From positions 480,001 to 544,000 of the forward strand of contig CAWCLO010000004.1 of the NCBI GenBank assembly GCA_963796455.1: a DNA stretch of 64,000 bases, written 5' to 3'. Origin of the DNA: Candidatus Sulfomarinibacteraceae bacterium. GTDB taxonomy: Bacteria > Acidobacteriota > Thermoanaerobaculia > Thermoanaerobaculales > Sulfomarinibacteraceae. The position numbers were made by a program, and so were the translations under genes. A model generated the notes under the pieces. The model did not search any database. It was not told the origin of the DNA and was given only the letters and a program-made list of their open reading frames with translations. Numbering within the stretch: the first letter of the stretch is position 1; each line of letters starts with the position of its first letter. This document shows, in pieces, positions 22,638 through 30,778 of the stretch.

Positions 22638-23017
22638 TTGCGAGCCCCTTTCCGTAAGAGCCGGTCAAAAATACGCCGCATGTCCTCTACACTCAAACCC
22701 TCGGCGGTGGCGTGGGTTACCAGTTTGGCCAGCGCGTCCGCGAAACGATTTTTTGCCATCGTGTGCTTCTTTCCCTCAGGGATGGGCGCTACCCAGAACC
22801 CCTTGCCTCGTCGGGACTGCACCAGTCCCTCCCGTTCCAGATCCTCGTAGGCCCGCTGCACGGTGATCACGCTGACCCGCTGCCCTTTGGCAAGACCCCG
22901 GATCGACGGCAGCGGGTCACCGCCGGCGAGGTCCTTTGACAAAATCTTTGCCCGCACCTGTCGCGATATCTGCGCGTGGAGTGGCTCGTCGGAGAGTTCA
23001 GACAGGTTGAGAATCAT
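22634..23017 (-). CDS. GntR family transcriptional regulator, YtrA subfamily
   Basis: PLHAQISRQVR...LPSIRGLA...SVITVQRAYEDLEREGLVQSRRGKGFWV; short C-terminal helix; precedes ABC ATPase. Confidence 0.93.
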   Translation of the reverse strand: MILNLSELSDEPLHAQISRQVRAKILSKDLAGGDPLPSIRGLAKGQRVSVITVQRAYEDLEREGLVQSRRGKGFWVAPIPEGKKHTMAKNRFADALAKLVTHATAEGLSVEDMRRIFDRLLRKGARK

Positions 23018-24081
23018 GGCGATTCTCCGTCCGCCCTGCGAACGAGCATCGCAGCCGTCCAGTCGTCTTCCGGTGCCCTGGCGGTGTGCCTTTGAACCCG
23101 GTCGAAAAGACCACTCAACCATGAAGAGGGCGTGCTGCCCGATGGCTCCTGGCCGAGCATCGTCTCGAGAGCGCTATAACCCAGAGGTTCTCCAGAGGTG
23201 TCGAGAGCCTCGGGCAAGCCGTCCGACAGCAGTAGGAGACGGTCATTTTCGGCGATCTCGATTGTGCGGTAGGCGTAGGCGACCTCTTCACGAACTCCCA
23301 GTGGAAGCCTCGGGCCGGGTACCGAAAGGGGCTGTGGCAATTGATCGGGACCCATCAGGTAGGGATCCGGTGCGCCGGCGTTGGCGAGTTCGACCAGGCC
23401 CCGGGACGGCCGGTACCGCGCCAGTGCCAGGGCAACGAATTCTCCGCGACCGAGTTCGAGTGCAAGGCGGCGGTTGAGGTGAGTCATCGACTCGGCGACA
23501 CTTCCCTCGGCGGTCACGAAGGGGAGCATGGCCTTCACTGAAGCCATGATCAGACTGGCCGCGAAACCCTTGCCGGCCACGTCGGCCACCACAACATCGA
23601 CACTGCCGTCGGGGTGGCGGAGAATATCGTAGAAATCGCCCGCGACCACCCGGGCCGGCAGACAGCGCGCCGCGATTTCCCAGCCGGGGCCGACCACGTC
23701 GGAAGGGGGCAGCAAACGGCGTTGCACGTCGCGCGCCATTTCGAGTTCGCGCCTGCCGAGCTCTTGCGCCACCAGCTTCTCGAGCTGCAGGCGTTCGACC
23801 AGATCGCGCCGGCGTTCCGGGCGGAGCTCAGCCACTCTGACCTCTTCCGTGGGCAGACCGGTAAGCAGGCCGTCGTCAATCAGAACTTCGTAGGCAGCCT
23901 CGACTGTCGAAGGCGCAATCCGGTGTTGGCGCGCCAGTTGGCGGTGGCCCGGAAGAACTTCACCGGTCGTCATTTCACCGCGGGCGATGCGATTGCGGAG
24001 TTGCCGGACGATCTGTTCGCGAACCGGTTCAGGGTCCCCAAGGGCCAGGTGAAGGAGCAATGAAGATGGTTTACTGTTCAT
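23014..24081 (-). CDS. GntR-type HTH fused to SpoIIE/PP2C Ser/Thr phosphatase domain
   Basis: N-term PVREQIVRQLR...LPGHRQLA...TVEAAYEVL; linker ELEMARDVQRRLLP; PP2C motifs AGDFYD, VADVAGKG, ANAG, LLSDGLPE, EDDWT. Confidence 0.85.
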   Translation of the reverse strand: MNSKPSSLLLHLALGDPEPVREQIVRQLRNRIARGEMTTGEVLPGHRQLARQHRIAPSTVEAAYEVLIDDGLLTGLPTEEVRVAELRPERRRDLVERLQLEKLVAQELGRRELEMARDVQRRLLPPSDVVGPGWEIAARCLPARVVAGDFYDILRHPDGSVDVVVADVAGKGFAASLIMASVKAMLPFVTAEGSVAESMTHLNRRLALELGRGEFVALALARYRPSRGLVELANAGAPDPYLMGPDQLPQPLSVPGPRLPLGVREEVAYAYRTIEIAENDRLLLLSDGLPEALDTSGEPLGYSALETMLGQEPSGSTPSSWLSGLFDRVQRHTARAPEDDWTAAMLVRRADGESP

Positions 24082-24121
24082 ATACGGTATATACAGTATG
24101 GCTCGAGCCTGATTCTGTCAA
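24072..24121 (-). promoter_or_regulatory. Sigma70-type promoter with overlapping GntR/YtrA-like palindromic operator
   Basis: Minus strand TTGACA (24121-24116)-17 bp-TACTGT (24098-24093); 27-bp palindrome TACTGTtcATAtacggTATatACAGTA (24072-24098) covers the -10 box and the start codon. Confidence 0.7.
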
Positions 24122-25275
24122 GGCCCGCCGGAAAGTTTTTTTGGCTGACGGGCGATCTGATCCAGGTTTTCGATCAGCGTGTCGATGTCCTGCCGGTTGT
24201 TATAGAACTGAGGTGAGACTCGCAACGTGTTGCCATCCCTGACGTTGACGACAATCTTGCGTTCCATGAGTTGCCGTTTGACTGTCTCTGGATCGGGCAT
24301 GTCAAAACCCAGAATCCCAGCCCGTTCGTGCCACGGTCTCGGGGTGACGACATTGAATCCGCGTTCTTCGACCCGGTCGTAGAGGTAGGTGGTGAGATCT
24401 TTCACCCGCTCCTCGATCTGGTCGAGACCGATGTCGAGAAGAAACTCCAGGCTCCGGTGCATCACCCAGATCCCGAGGTAGTTCGGGTTGCCGAACTCGA
24501 ATCGGCGCCCATCGGTTGCGAGAGTCAGGTTCTCTGCCCATTTGTCATCCGATGCAAAGCTGAAACGGGCGACATAGGCTGGGTCGATCTTCGAGGCAAA
24601 TCCCTCGCGGCAGTAGAGGAAACCGGTACCGGTTGGGCTGAACAGCCCCTTGAAGCCACCTGCCACCACGACGTCCGCCCCGGTTTCGGGAAGCGGTGTG
24701 GAGAGAATGCCGACGGCCTGGATGCCGTCGACGACCAGGACGATTCCACGCTCCCGGCAGGCAGCGGCGAGTGTTGGAATGTCGAAGCGATAGCCGTTGC
24801 CGTAGGCGACCCATGACACGCCGATCGCGCGGGTCCGGTCATCCATCTTGTCGATGAATGACTCCGGCGGAATCCGACCGTCCGATCCGGCAACGACCAC
24901 CACCTCGACGCCGATTTTTTCCAGCCTCCGCCAGGGCAGCACACAGGCGCTGTGCTCGAACTCGGAAATGAGGACCCTGTCACCGGCTTCAAGACCGAGG
25001 CCGTGGGCGACGATGTTGATGCCTTCCGAAGTGTTCTTGATGAAGGAGAGTGTCGAGGGCGCGACGCCGACGAGGCGAGCCAGGGTGTCGCGGGAGCGCT
25101 CGATCTCGTCGATCGAGAAGGACTGTTTTCCGACCCGTTCCCACATGTCCGCCATGTAACCGATCATTGCCTCTTCGGCGCACTTTGGAAGCGGCGCTTT
25201 TGCGGCGGCGTCGAGATAGATCCAGTTGTCCAGAGTCGGAAACTGTTTGCGAATGGCGGCAAAATCTGCAGGCAT
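24118..25275 (-). CDS. PLP-dependent aminotransferase class V family enzyme
   Basis: IYLDAAA, KNTSEGIN, EHSA, VVDGIQAVG, GGFKGL (PLP Lys), RFEFGNPN, LRVSPQFYN. Confidence 0.9.
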   Translation of the reverse strand: MPADFAAIRKQFPTLDNWIYLDAAAKAPLPKCAEEAMIGYMADMWERVGKQSFSIDEIERSRDTLARLVGVAPSTLSFIKNTSEGINIVAHGLGLEAGDRVLISEFEHSACVLPWRRLEKIGVEVVVVAGSDGRIPPESFIDKMDDRTRAIGVSWVAYGNGYRFDIPTLAAACRERGIVLVVDGIQAVGILSTPLPETGADVVVAGGFKGLFSPTGTGFLYCREGFASKIDPAYVARFSFASDDKWAENLTLATDGRRFEFGNPNYLGIWVMHRSLEFLLDIGLDQIEERVKDLTTYLYDRVEERGFNVVTPRPWHERAGILGFDMPDPETVKRQLMERKIVVNVRDGNTLRVSPQFYNNRQDIDTLIENLDQIARQPKKLSGGP

Positions 25276-25421
25276 CGTTCCCCCCGTCCCGGCGGGTCAT
25301 GATGGCATATCCGATGGTGAGGGAGTTGTTCACTTGACGCGATCGGGGATCTCAAGGAAGCTTCAGCTCTCAGCGGAAGCAGTGAAGACCCCTGGGGAGC
25401 AGATTCTTGCGGAGGAGAACC

Positions 25422-26402
25422 ATGTCCACAGACCCCTATCTATTTTTGCCGTACTGGCAGGGGCACGATTCGTTCCTGATCCAGAAGAGCCTGTTGAACG
25501 AAGGCGAGCTCGCCTCTGACGGGCTCCCGTTGCCCCCGGAGGAACTGCTGCTCGGCCACAACCACGTGAATTACATCGAGTGGGGTCAAGAACATGTTGC
25601 AACCATGCGCCGGATCCTCGGCGAATCGGGTCATCGCTTCGAGGAGGGGCAGCGTGTGTTGGACTTCGGGTGTGGCTCCGGCCGGATGATTCGCGGCTTC
25701 ATCGAGGAAGCGAAAGACAGCGAGTTCTGGGGAGTCGATATTCGCTCCGACCATATATTCTGGGCGAAGCACCATCTCAGTCCGCCGTTCCACTTCGCCA
25801 CCACTACTGTTGTTCCTCATCTGCCCTTCGAGGACTGCTATTTCGATCTCATCTATGCCGGCTCGGTCTTCACCCACGTCGACGACCTCGCAGATGCCTG
25901 GTTTCTCGAGATGCGGCGGATACTGCGACCGGGTGGGATGATGTTCTTCACGATTCACGATCAGCACAGTGCAGAATTGACCAGAACCACCTTGCGTGAC
26001 GATTTCGTCGGCAAGATTTTATACTCGCACGAAAATTTTGAGAGTTTTGTCAACAGCGATTTCGCAATGTTCACTGTCTGGCGCTCGGCAGATTCCCAGG
26101 TCTTTTACGACCTCGACTACCTGCGCGGCAAACTGTGGGATGTGTTCGATATTTTGTCGGTTCACGAGGAGGCTTACGGGTATCAGACGGCCGTATTGGT
26201 TCAGAAACCGGATACCGAGCGTCCCGAACGGTCGATGTGGCGACAAGCGGAGCCCGACGAACAAGCAGCTGACCTCGCCACCGAACACCAAAAGGTCCTG
26301 AACAGCCGGACGTATCGATTTGGTCACGCCCTGGCCGCGCCCTACTGGCGGTTGCTCGAGTTCATGCGAAAACTCAAGGGAACAAAAACAGAACCGGAGT
26401 AA
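25422..26402 (+). CDS. Class I SAM-dependent methyltransferase
   Basis: VLDFGCGSGR, GVDI, LPFED..FDLIYAGSVFTH, RILRPGG; C-terminal 'VLNSRTYRFG..L..P' tail seen in surface-polysaccharide enzymes. Confidence 0.88.
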   Translation: MSTDPYLFLPYWQGHDSFLIQKSLLNEGELASDGLPLPPEELLLGHNHVNYIEWGQEHVATMRRILGESGHRFEEGQRVLDFGCGSGRMIRGFIEEAKDSEFWGVDIRSDHIFWAKHHLSPPFHFATTTVVPHLPFEDCYFDLIYAGSVFTHVDDLADAWFLEMRRILRPGGMMFFTIHDQHSAELTRTTLRDDFVGKILYSHENFESFVNSDFAMFTVWRSADSQVFYDLDYLRGKLWDVFDILSVHEEAYGYQTAVLVQKPDTERPERSMWRQAEPDEQAADLATEHQKVLNSRTYRFGHALAAPYWRLLEFMRKLKGTKTEPE

Positions 26403-26411
26403 TGGGGCACA

Positions 26412-26470
26412 GGGTCGGAGTCCGCGTCCGAGCCCGTATCGAAGCGGTAGCGACAGCGAACCGTGGTCGG
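26412..26470. repeat. Degenerate right-arm copy E of the dispersed repeat
   Basis: GAGTCCGCGTCCGAGCCCGTATCGAAGCGGTAGCGACAG resembles GAGTCCGCGTCCGTGCCCGAATTGCAGCGGCAGCGACAG at 62448-62486; lies between convergent genes. Confidence 0.6.
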
Positions 26471-26491
26471 CGATCGGTCGCCGAGCTGCCC

Positions 26492-27451
26492 TCAGAGACC
26501 GAAGCGTTCCAGCTCCGCAGCGACCCGGAAGCCTCCCTGCCGGATCGTCTGTTGTGCTTCGCCACCGATCTCGAGTGCGGGGTTCGTGTGGTTGAGGTGG
26601 ATGAACCGGATCTTGGCGCGTTCCTCAGCTGGCAATGGTGCAAAGCGCTTCATACTGTGCGCGATGAATGGGTGCGGAAAGCCGGACATGTCGCGTCCCG
26701 GCATCTCCTGCTGGTTGTAGAAGGTGGCGTCGAGGTAGGCCACGTCGACCGTGGCGATGAGATCTTCGATGCGGACGCCCTGATCGTCCAGCTCTTCCCA
26801 GCTGTCGATGTCGGGAATGAAGAGCGCCGATCTATTCGGGCCCTCGATTCGGAATCCCACGACCTCCGAGAACTCCTGTCGATGAGGAACAGAGAGGGGA
26901 GTGACGCGAAGGCGCTCGTTGAGAGCGACAGGCTTGCCGTTCTCGAGCGGTATCAGCTCGATGTTTTGGTACCGGACGAGCTGGCTCCACGGCCCGTTTT
27001 TCTTGAGGTAGTCGAGCATGCGCGGCATCGCGAAGACCGCGACGTTTTTTGCGCCCATGACCTCGTGGCCAAGGTGCATCAGACCGGTGTAGTGGCCCAT
27101 GTGGGCGTGGGTGAGGAGAATACCCGCGAGCCCGGGCTTGCCCGCCACCGGAAACGCCGTGTCGAGCCGGTGGAGTTGCTCGCGGAAATCGGGCGTGGCG
27201 TCGAAAAGCCAACGTTGAGAAGAAACCGGATCGACCAGGGCCAAACAGCTCGCCAGCCGCCCTTTGCTCGGATCGTCCCACGCGGCGTGGTCCTTGGATC
27301 CGGCCTGCGGCACCCCACCATCCTGGGCGATGCCGAGGACCAAGAGCCACGGGTGGTCCGGTTCCGCGTCGGTGTTTTCCCCGGCGGCAGGGACAACGCT
27401 GATCGCGATCGGAGCGAGGCACAGGAGCGAAATCAAGGTGTATTTCCTCAT
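26492..27451 (-). CDS. Exported metallo-beta-lactamase-fold hydrolase, PqqB-like
   Basis: Signal peptide; LGIAQDGGVPQ, LFDATPD, LTHAHMGHYTGL, VPHR, LDATF, IHLNHTNP. Confidence 0.85.
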   Translation of the reverse strand: MRKYTLISLLCLAPIAISVVPAAGENTDAEPDHPWLLVLGIAQDGGVPQAGSKDHAAWDDPSKGRLASCLALVDPVSSQRWLFDATPDFREQLHRLDTAFPVAGKPGLAGILLTHAHMGHYTGLMHLGHEVMGAKNVAVFAMPRMLDYLKKNGPWSQLVRYQNIELIPLENGKPVALNERLRVTPLSVPHRQEFSEVVGFRIEGPNRSALFIPDIDSWEELDDQGVRIEDLIATVDVAYLDATFYNQQEMPGRDMSGFPHPFIAHSMKRFAPLPAEERAKIRFIHLNHTNPALEIGGEAQQTIRQGGFRVAAELERFGL

Positions 27452-27718
27452 GTTCGGGAAGGTACCACAGGGTCCCGGCTTTCAGTTCTCAGGCGATCTC
27501 CCTCCGGCCACGAATCAGGTCGTCGACTGGAACCCGTGAGATCGATCAAATTATGATAAATGTATAAATAAAAAACATTCGGGAATGGAAAGGTTGCGAT
27601 GCTTCGAGGCGTATAATGAACCTCGCATGCGGCGATAGCTGCCGGCGACAGGTGGCTGAGCTGACTACGGGAATCAATGTGTGTTGACCAGGTTCGCTGA
27701 ACTCCAGGATGGTCCATC

Positions 27719-28810
27719 GTGAAAATCGCGTGGGTTTCGTTCGAGTTTCGTGAGTACAGCGTTCTCCAGGCGAACGCTCTATCTGACGAACATCAGGTCC
27801 TCCTGATACTGCCGGACAACAATCTCTTCGATTCCGAGCTGCAGGTTCGATCAGAGATCGACCACTTTCGATTCTGGCAGCCACGTCTTCGTCAACCCGT
27901 GCGCCAGCTTCGATCGATATTGGAAATTGTCCGCAGAATCCATGAGTTCCAGCCCGATGTGATCCACTTTCAAGGCGGCCACCTCTGGTTCAATTGCGCC
28001 TTGCCCCTTCTGAGGCGCTATCCACTGGTGATCACCGTGCACGATCCCAGGCGTCACGAAGGGGACACTGAATCGAGAAAAACGCCGCAGTGGATCATGG
28101 ATTTCGGTTATCGTCGAGCCGATCATGTGATTGTTCACGGGAAGAGCCTGGTGGACGTCACACATGAGGCAATCGGAATACCCCGGAACAGGATCCACGT
28201 CATCCCCCATGTCGCTCCGGTGACCTTTCCCCGCATCAAGGACATCGACGAGGACGAATTCGGAGTACTGTTTTTTGGTCGGATCTGGGGATACAAAGGC
28301 CTCGAGTACCTCATCCGCGCGGAACCGCTGATCTCGAGCCGGGTCCCGGACGTGATGATCACCATTGCCGGATCGGGGGAGAAATTCAACAGGTATCGGC
28401 GCATGATGGTTCATCCCGAACGGTTTTTTGTCGACAATGGATGGATCAGCTACGAGCAGCGGGCAGTGTATTTTCAAAAATGCGCGTTCGTGGTTCTGCC
28501 ATACATCTCGGCCACCCAGAGCGGAGTCGTCTCGACAGCGTTCAATTACGGGAAACCTGTGATCGTGACTTCGGTCGGTGCGCTCCCGGACGCGGTGGAA
28601 CATGGTCGAACCGGGCTCATCGTGCCACCGTGCGAAGAACAGGCTCTGGCCGATGCGATCGTCGATCTCCTTCTCGATGCACCGCGGCGTCGCGAGATGG
28701 GTCTCGAGGCGCGCACCAGGCTTCAACGGGAGTGCGCACCGCAGACCATTGCTCAGAGCAACCTCGAAGTCTATGGGCAGGCCATCCGCGACCACCGGGC
28801 GAAACGCTGA
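27719..28810 (+). CDS. Glycosyltransferase family 4
   Basis: TVHD, LFFGRIWGYKGLEYL, VVLPYISATQSGV, GKPVIVTSVGAL. Confidence 0.93.
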   Translation: MKIAWVSFEFREYSVLQANALSDEHQVLLILPDNNLFDSELQVRSEIDHFRFWQPRLRQPVRQLRSILEIVRRIHEFQPDVIHFQGGHLWFNCALPLLRRYPLVITVHDPRRHEGDTESRKTPQWIMDFGYRRADHVIVHGKSLVDVTHEAIGIPRNRIHVIPHVAPVTFPRIKDIDEDEFGVLFFGRIWGYKGLEYLIRAEPLISSRVPDVMITIAGSGEKFNRYRRMMVHPERFFVDNGWISYEQRAVYFQKCAFVVLPYISATQSGVVSTAFNYGKPVIVTSVGALPDAVEHGRTGLIVPPCEEQALADAIVDLLLDAPRRREMGLEARTRLQRECAPQTIAQSNLEVYGQAIRDHRAKR

Positions 28811-28850
28811 AACGCCATCACGTCCTGGTGCACGGCACCCGCCCCGCTGA

Positions 28851-28953
28851 TCAGAGCTTGACGATGACGTCGAAGTCACCCCGGAACATTCGCGGACCAT
28901 CGACAGCCATGTCTTTCGAATTCATCAATTTCCTGAATTGAGCGTTTTGTGCC
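28851..28953 (-). pseudogene. C-terminal remnant of a DUF1428 (YbaA-like) gene
   Basis: ...FRKLMNSKDMAVDGPRMFRGDFDVIVKL* resembles the family ending MPFDGKRMxxGGFxxIV; no intact 5' part seen. Confidence 0.45.
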
Positions 28954-29129
28954 ATTCGTGCTGGAGAGACTGTCGCTGAAGACGGCCCCTGATGACCGGA
29001 CAATGACGCCGTCCGCCGGTCCCCGTCGCTATCCGAGAGTCCAACCTGGACCGAGTGATCCAGGCAGTAGGACACAACTCTGAAGGTAGGCCAAGGCCCG
29101 CCCTGCCAGGGCGCTCAAAAGTGGTGGGC

Positions 29130-29306
29130 CTATTTTGGTTTTGCTTTCCCTTTGGAGGCCGGAGTCCTGCCGGAATCCCGCAGCGCCCGCCGCAACAAAA
29201 ACTCCACCTGGGCGTTGACGCTGCGCAGGTCGTCCGCCGCCCACCGTCTCAATGCGTCGAGGACCTTGGGGTCCAGGCGCAGGAGAAAGGCTTCTCGTTT
29301 GCTCAC
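29130..29306 (-). CDS. Arc-like ribbon-helix-helix DNA-binding protein (58 aa, absent from the ORF track)
   Basis: GTG start overlaps the SPFH stop; MSKREAFLLRLDPKVLDALRRWAADDLRSVNAQVEFLLRRAL...; typical partner of SPFH genes. Confidence 0.85.
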   Translation of the reverse strand: MSKREAFLLRLDPKVLDALRRWAADDLRSVNAQVEFLLRRALRDSGRTPASKGKAKPK

Positions 29307-30262
29307 GTGTAGAGCGAACCAGTGTTGACGACCGGCTGAACGTGGCGATCGCTGCAGAGGACAACCAGGAGGTTCGAGACCATGGCCGCCCTGCGTTCAT
29401 CGTCAAGTTCGATGATGTTTTTCCGCGACAGATCATCGAGCGCCATTTCCACCATTCCGACCGCGCCCTCCACGATTTTGGTGCGCGCGGCGACTACGGC
29501 CTGTGCCTGCTGACGCTGCAGCATGGCGGCGGCGATTTCGGGCGCGTAGGCAAGGTGGCTGATCCGGGACTCGATGACTCGCACACCGGCCTTGTCGAGA
29601 CGGCCCTGAATGTCGGCCTCGAGTTGGTCTCCGATTTCGGCTGTGCTGCCGCGCAGGGAAACTTCGTGGTCCTCGCTGTCATACGGATACCGGCTGGCCA
29701 TGTTGCGCAGCGCCGCCTCGCTCTGCACGGCCACAAAATCTTCGTAATCGTCGACCTCGAAGAGCGCCTCGGCAGTGTTGACAACCTTCCACACGACAAC
29801 TGCAGAAATCTCGACCGGGTTGCCGTCGCGATCGTTCACCTTGGACGGCCGGCCGGCGGTTCGTGACTTCGCCTGGATGATCTTGCCTTCGGCCGACTTC
29901 TGCTCGGGTTTGTGGATCGACCCGGTTTCGAAATTGCGGATGCGGAGCGAGATTTTCTTCTTCGAAAAGAACGGGTTGACCCAGAAGAAGCCCGAATTTA
30001 GAACGGAGCCTTTGTATTTGCCAAAGAGGAGCAGGACCCGTGCCTGGTTTGGCGCAATCGCCATGAAACCGAAAAGGCTGATGATGGCGAAAACAAACGC
30101 CGCGATGCCAAGCGAAAGGAGCAAAACGTTCCGGCCTCCGCCAGCTTCGGAGAACGCGATCACATTCACTAAGAACAGAACCGGGCCTCCGAAGATCATG
30201 GCCAGGGTCACGATGAGTGGGAACCAGCCGCTCATGGGTCGATAGGTCTTTTCTACAGTCAT
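29303..30262 (-). CDS. SPFH (band 7) domain membrane protein
   Basis: Two TM helices; LFGKYKGS, GFFWVNPF, KVNDRDGNPVEISAVVVW, HLAYAPEIAAAMLQRQQA, MVSNLLVVLC. Confidence 0.93.
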   Translation of the reverse strand: MTVEKTYRPMSGWFPLIVTLAMIFGGPVLFLVNVIAFSEAGGGRNVLLLSLGIAAFVFAIISLFGFMAIAPNQARVLLLFGKYKGSVLNSGFFWVNPFFSKKKISLRIRNFETGSIHKPEQKSAEGKIIQAKSRTAGRPSKVNDRDGNPVEISAVVVWKVVNTAEALFEVDDYEDFVAVQSEAALRNMASRYPYDSEDHEVSLRGSTAEIGDQLEADIQGRLDKAGVRVIESRISHLAYAPEIAAAMLQRQQAQAVVAARTKIVEGAVGMVEMALDDLSRKNIIELDDERRAAMVSNLLVVLCSDRHVQPVVNTGSLYT

Positions 30263-30279
30263 TTCTTTCTTCCTTTCAT

Positions 30280-30307
30280 ATATCATTATGATATCACTTC
30301 AATATCA
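30280..30307 (-). promoter_or_regulatory. Three TGATAT boxes at 11-bp spacing (candidate RHH operator)
   Basis: ATATCA on + strand at 30280, 30291 and 30302, immediately upstream of the SPFH-RHH operon. Confidence 0.6.
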
Positions 30308-30407
30308 TATACGCAGTGAGTTCGATTTTTGTTCCAATTCGTTTTTTCGCTGCCGATTCCGGGTTTGTGATCGTTGTGTTAGCCTCCTTTAAAAACCGGA
30401 GGTCAAT

Positions 30408-30761
30408 ATGGAAAAGGCGATGTGTTTCGGTCGTGGAGCCCGAGTGTTGGTGGGATTCGTTTTCGTCCTGGCGGCGGTTTCGTTGGCAGCAGCAGGTGAT
30501 GATCCGGCTGCAGGTCACGAGGTTTTCGGGACCATCGTCGGCAGTGACGGCGGCCCATTGGCCGGGGTGCTCGTCGCCCTTTCCGGCGGTGACGTCAAAC
30601 AAAAGGTGGTATCGGACGCCGAAGGTACCTTCCATTTCGCGGAAGTACCGGCCGGGAGCTACTCCATGGTGTTCAACAAAAAGGGCGCGAAAAAGATCAA
30701 AAAGGAGATCACGGTTTCCTCCGAAGATCTCGATCTGGGCACCATCGCCATGAACGAGTAG
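30408..30761 (+). CDS. Exported carboxypeptidase-regulatory-like (transthyretin-fold) domain protein
   Basis: Signal peptide; GTIVGSDGGPLAGVLV...SDAEGTFHFAEVPAGSYSM. Confidence 0.8.
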   Translation: MEKAMCFGRGARVLVGFVFVLAAVSLAAAGDDPAAGHEVFGTIVGSDGGPLAGVLVALSGGDVKQKVVSDAEGTFHFAEVPAGSYSMVFNKKGAKKIKKEITVSSEDLDLGTIAMNE

Positions 30762-30778
30762 GCAGGGTTACGCCGTCC

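Noticed and set aside
24118..25275. Calling this gene sufS/iscS cysteine desulfurase
   Set aside because: The catalytic Cys loop (RxGHHC or SxGSAC) is absent and there are no suf/isc neighbours.
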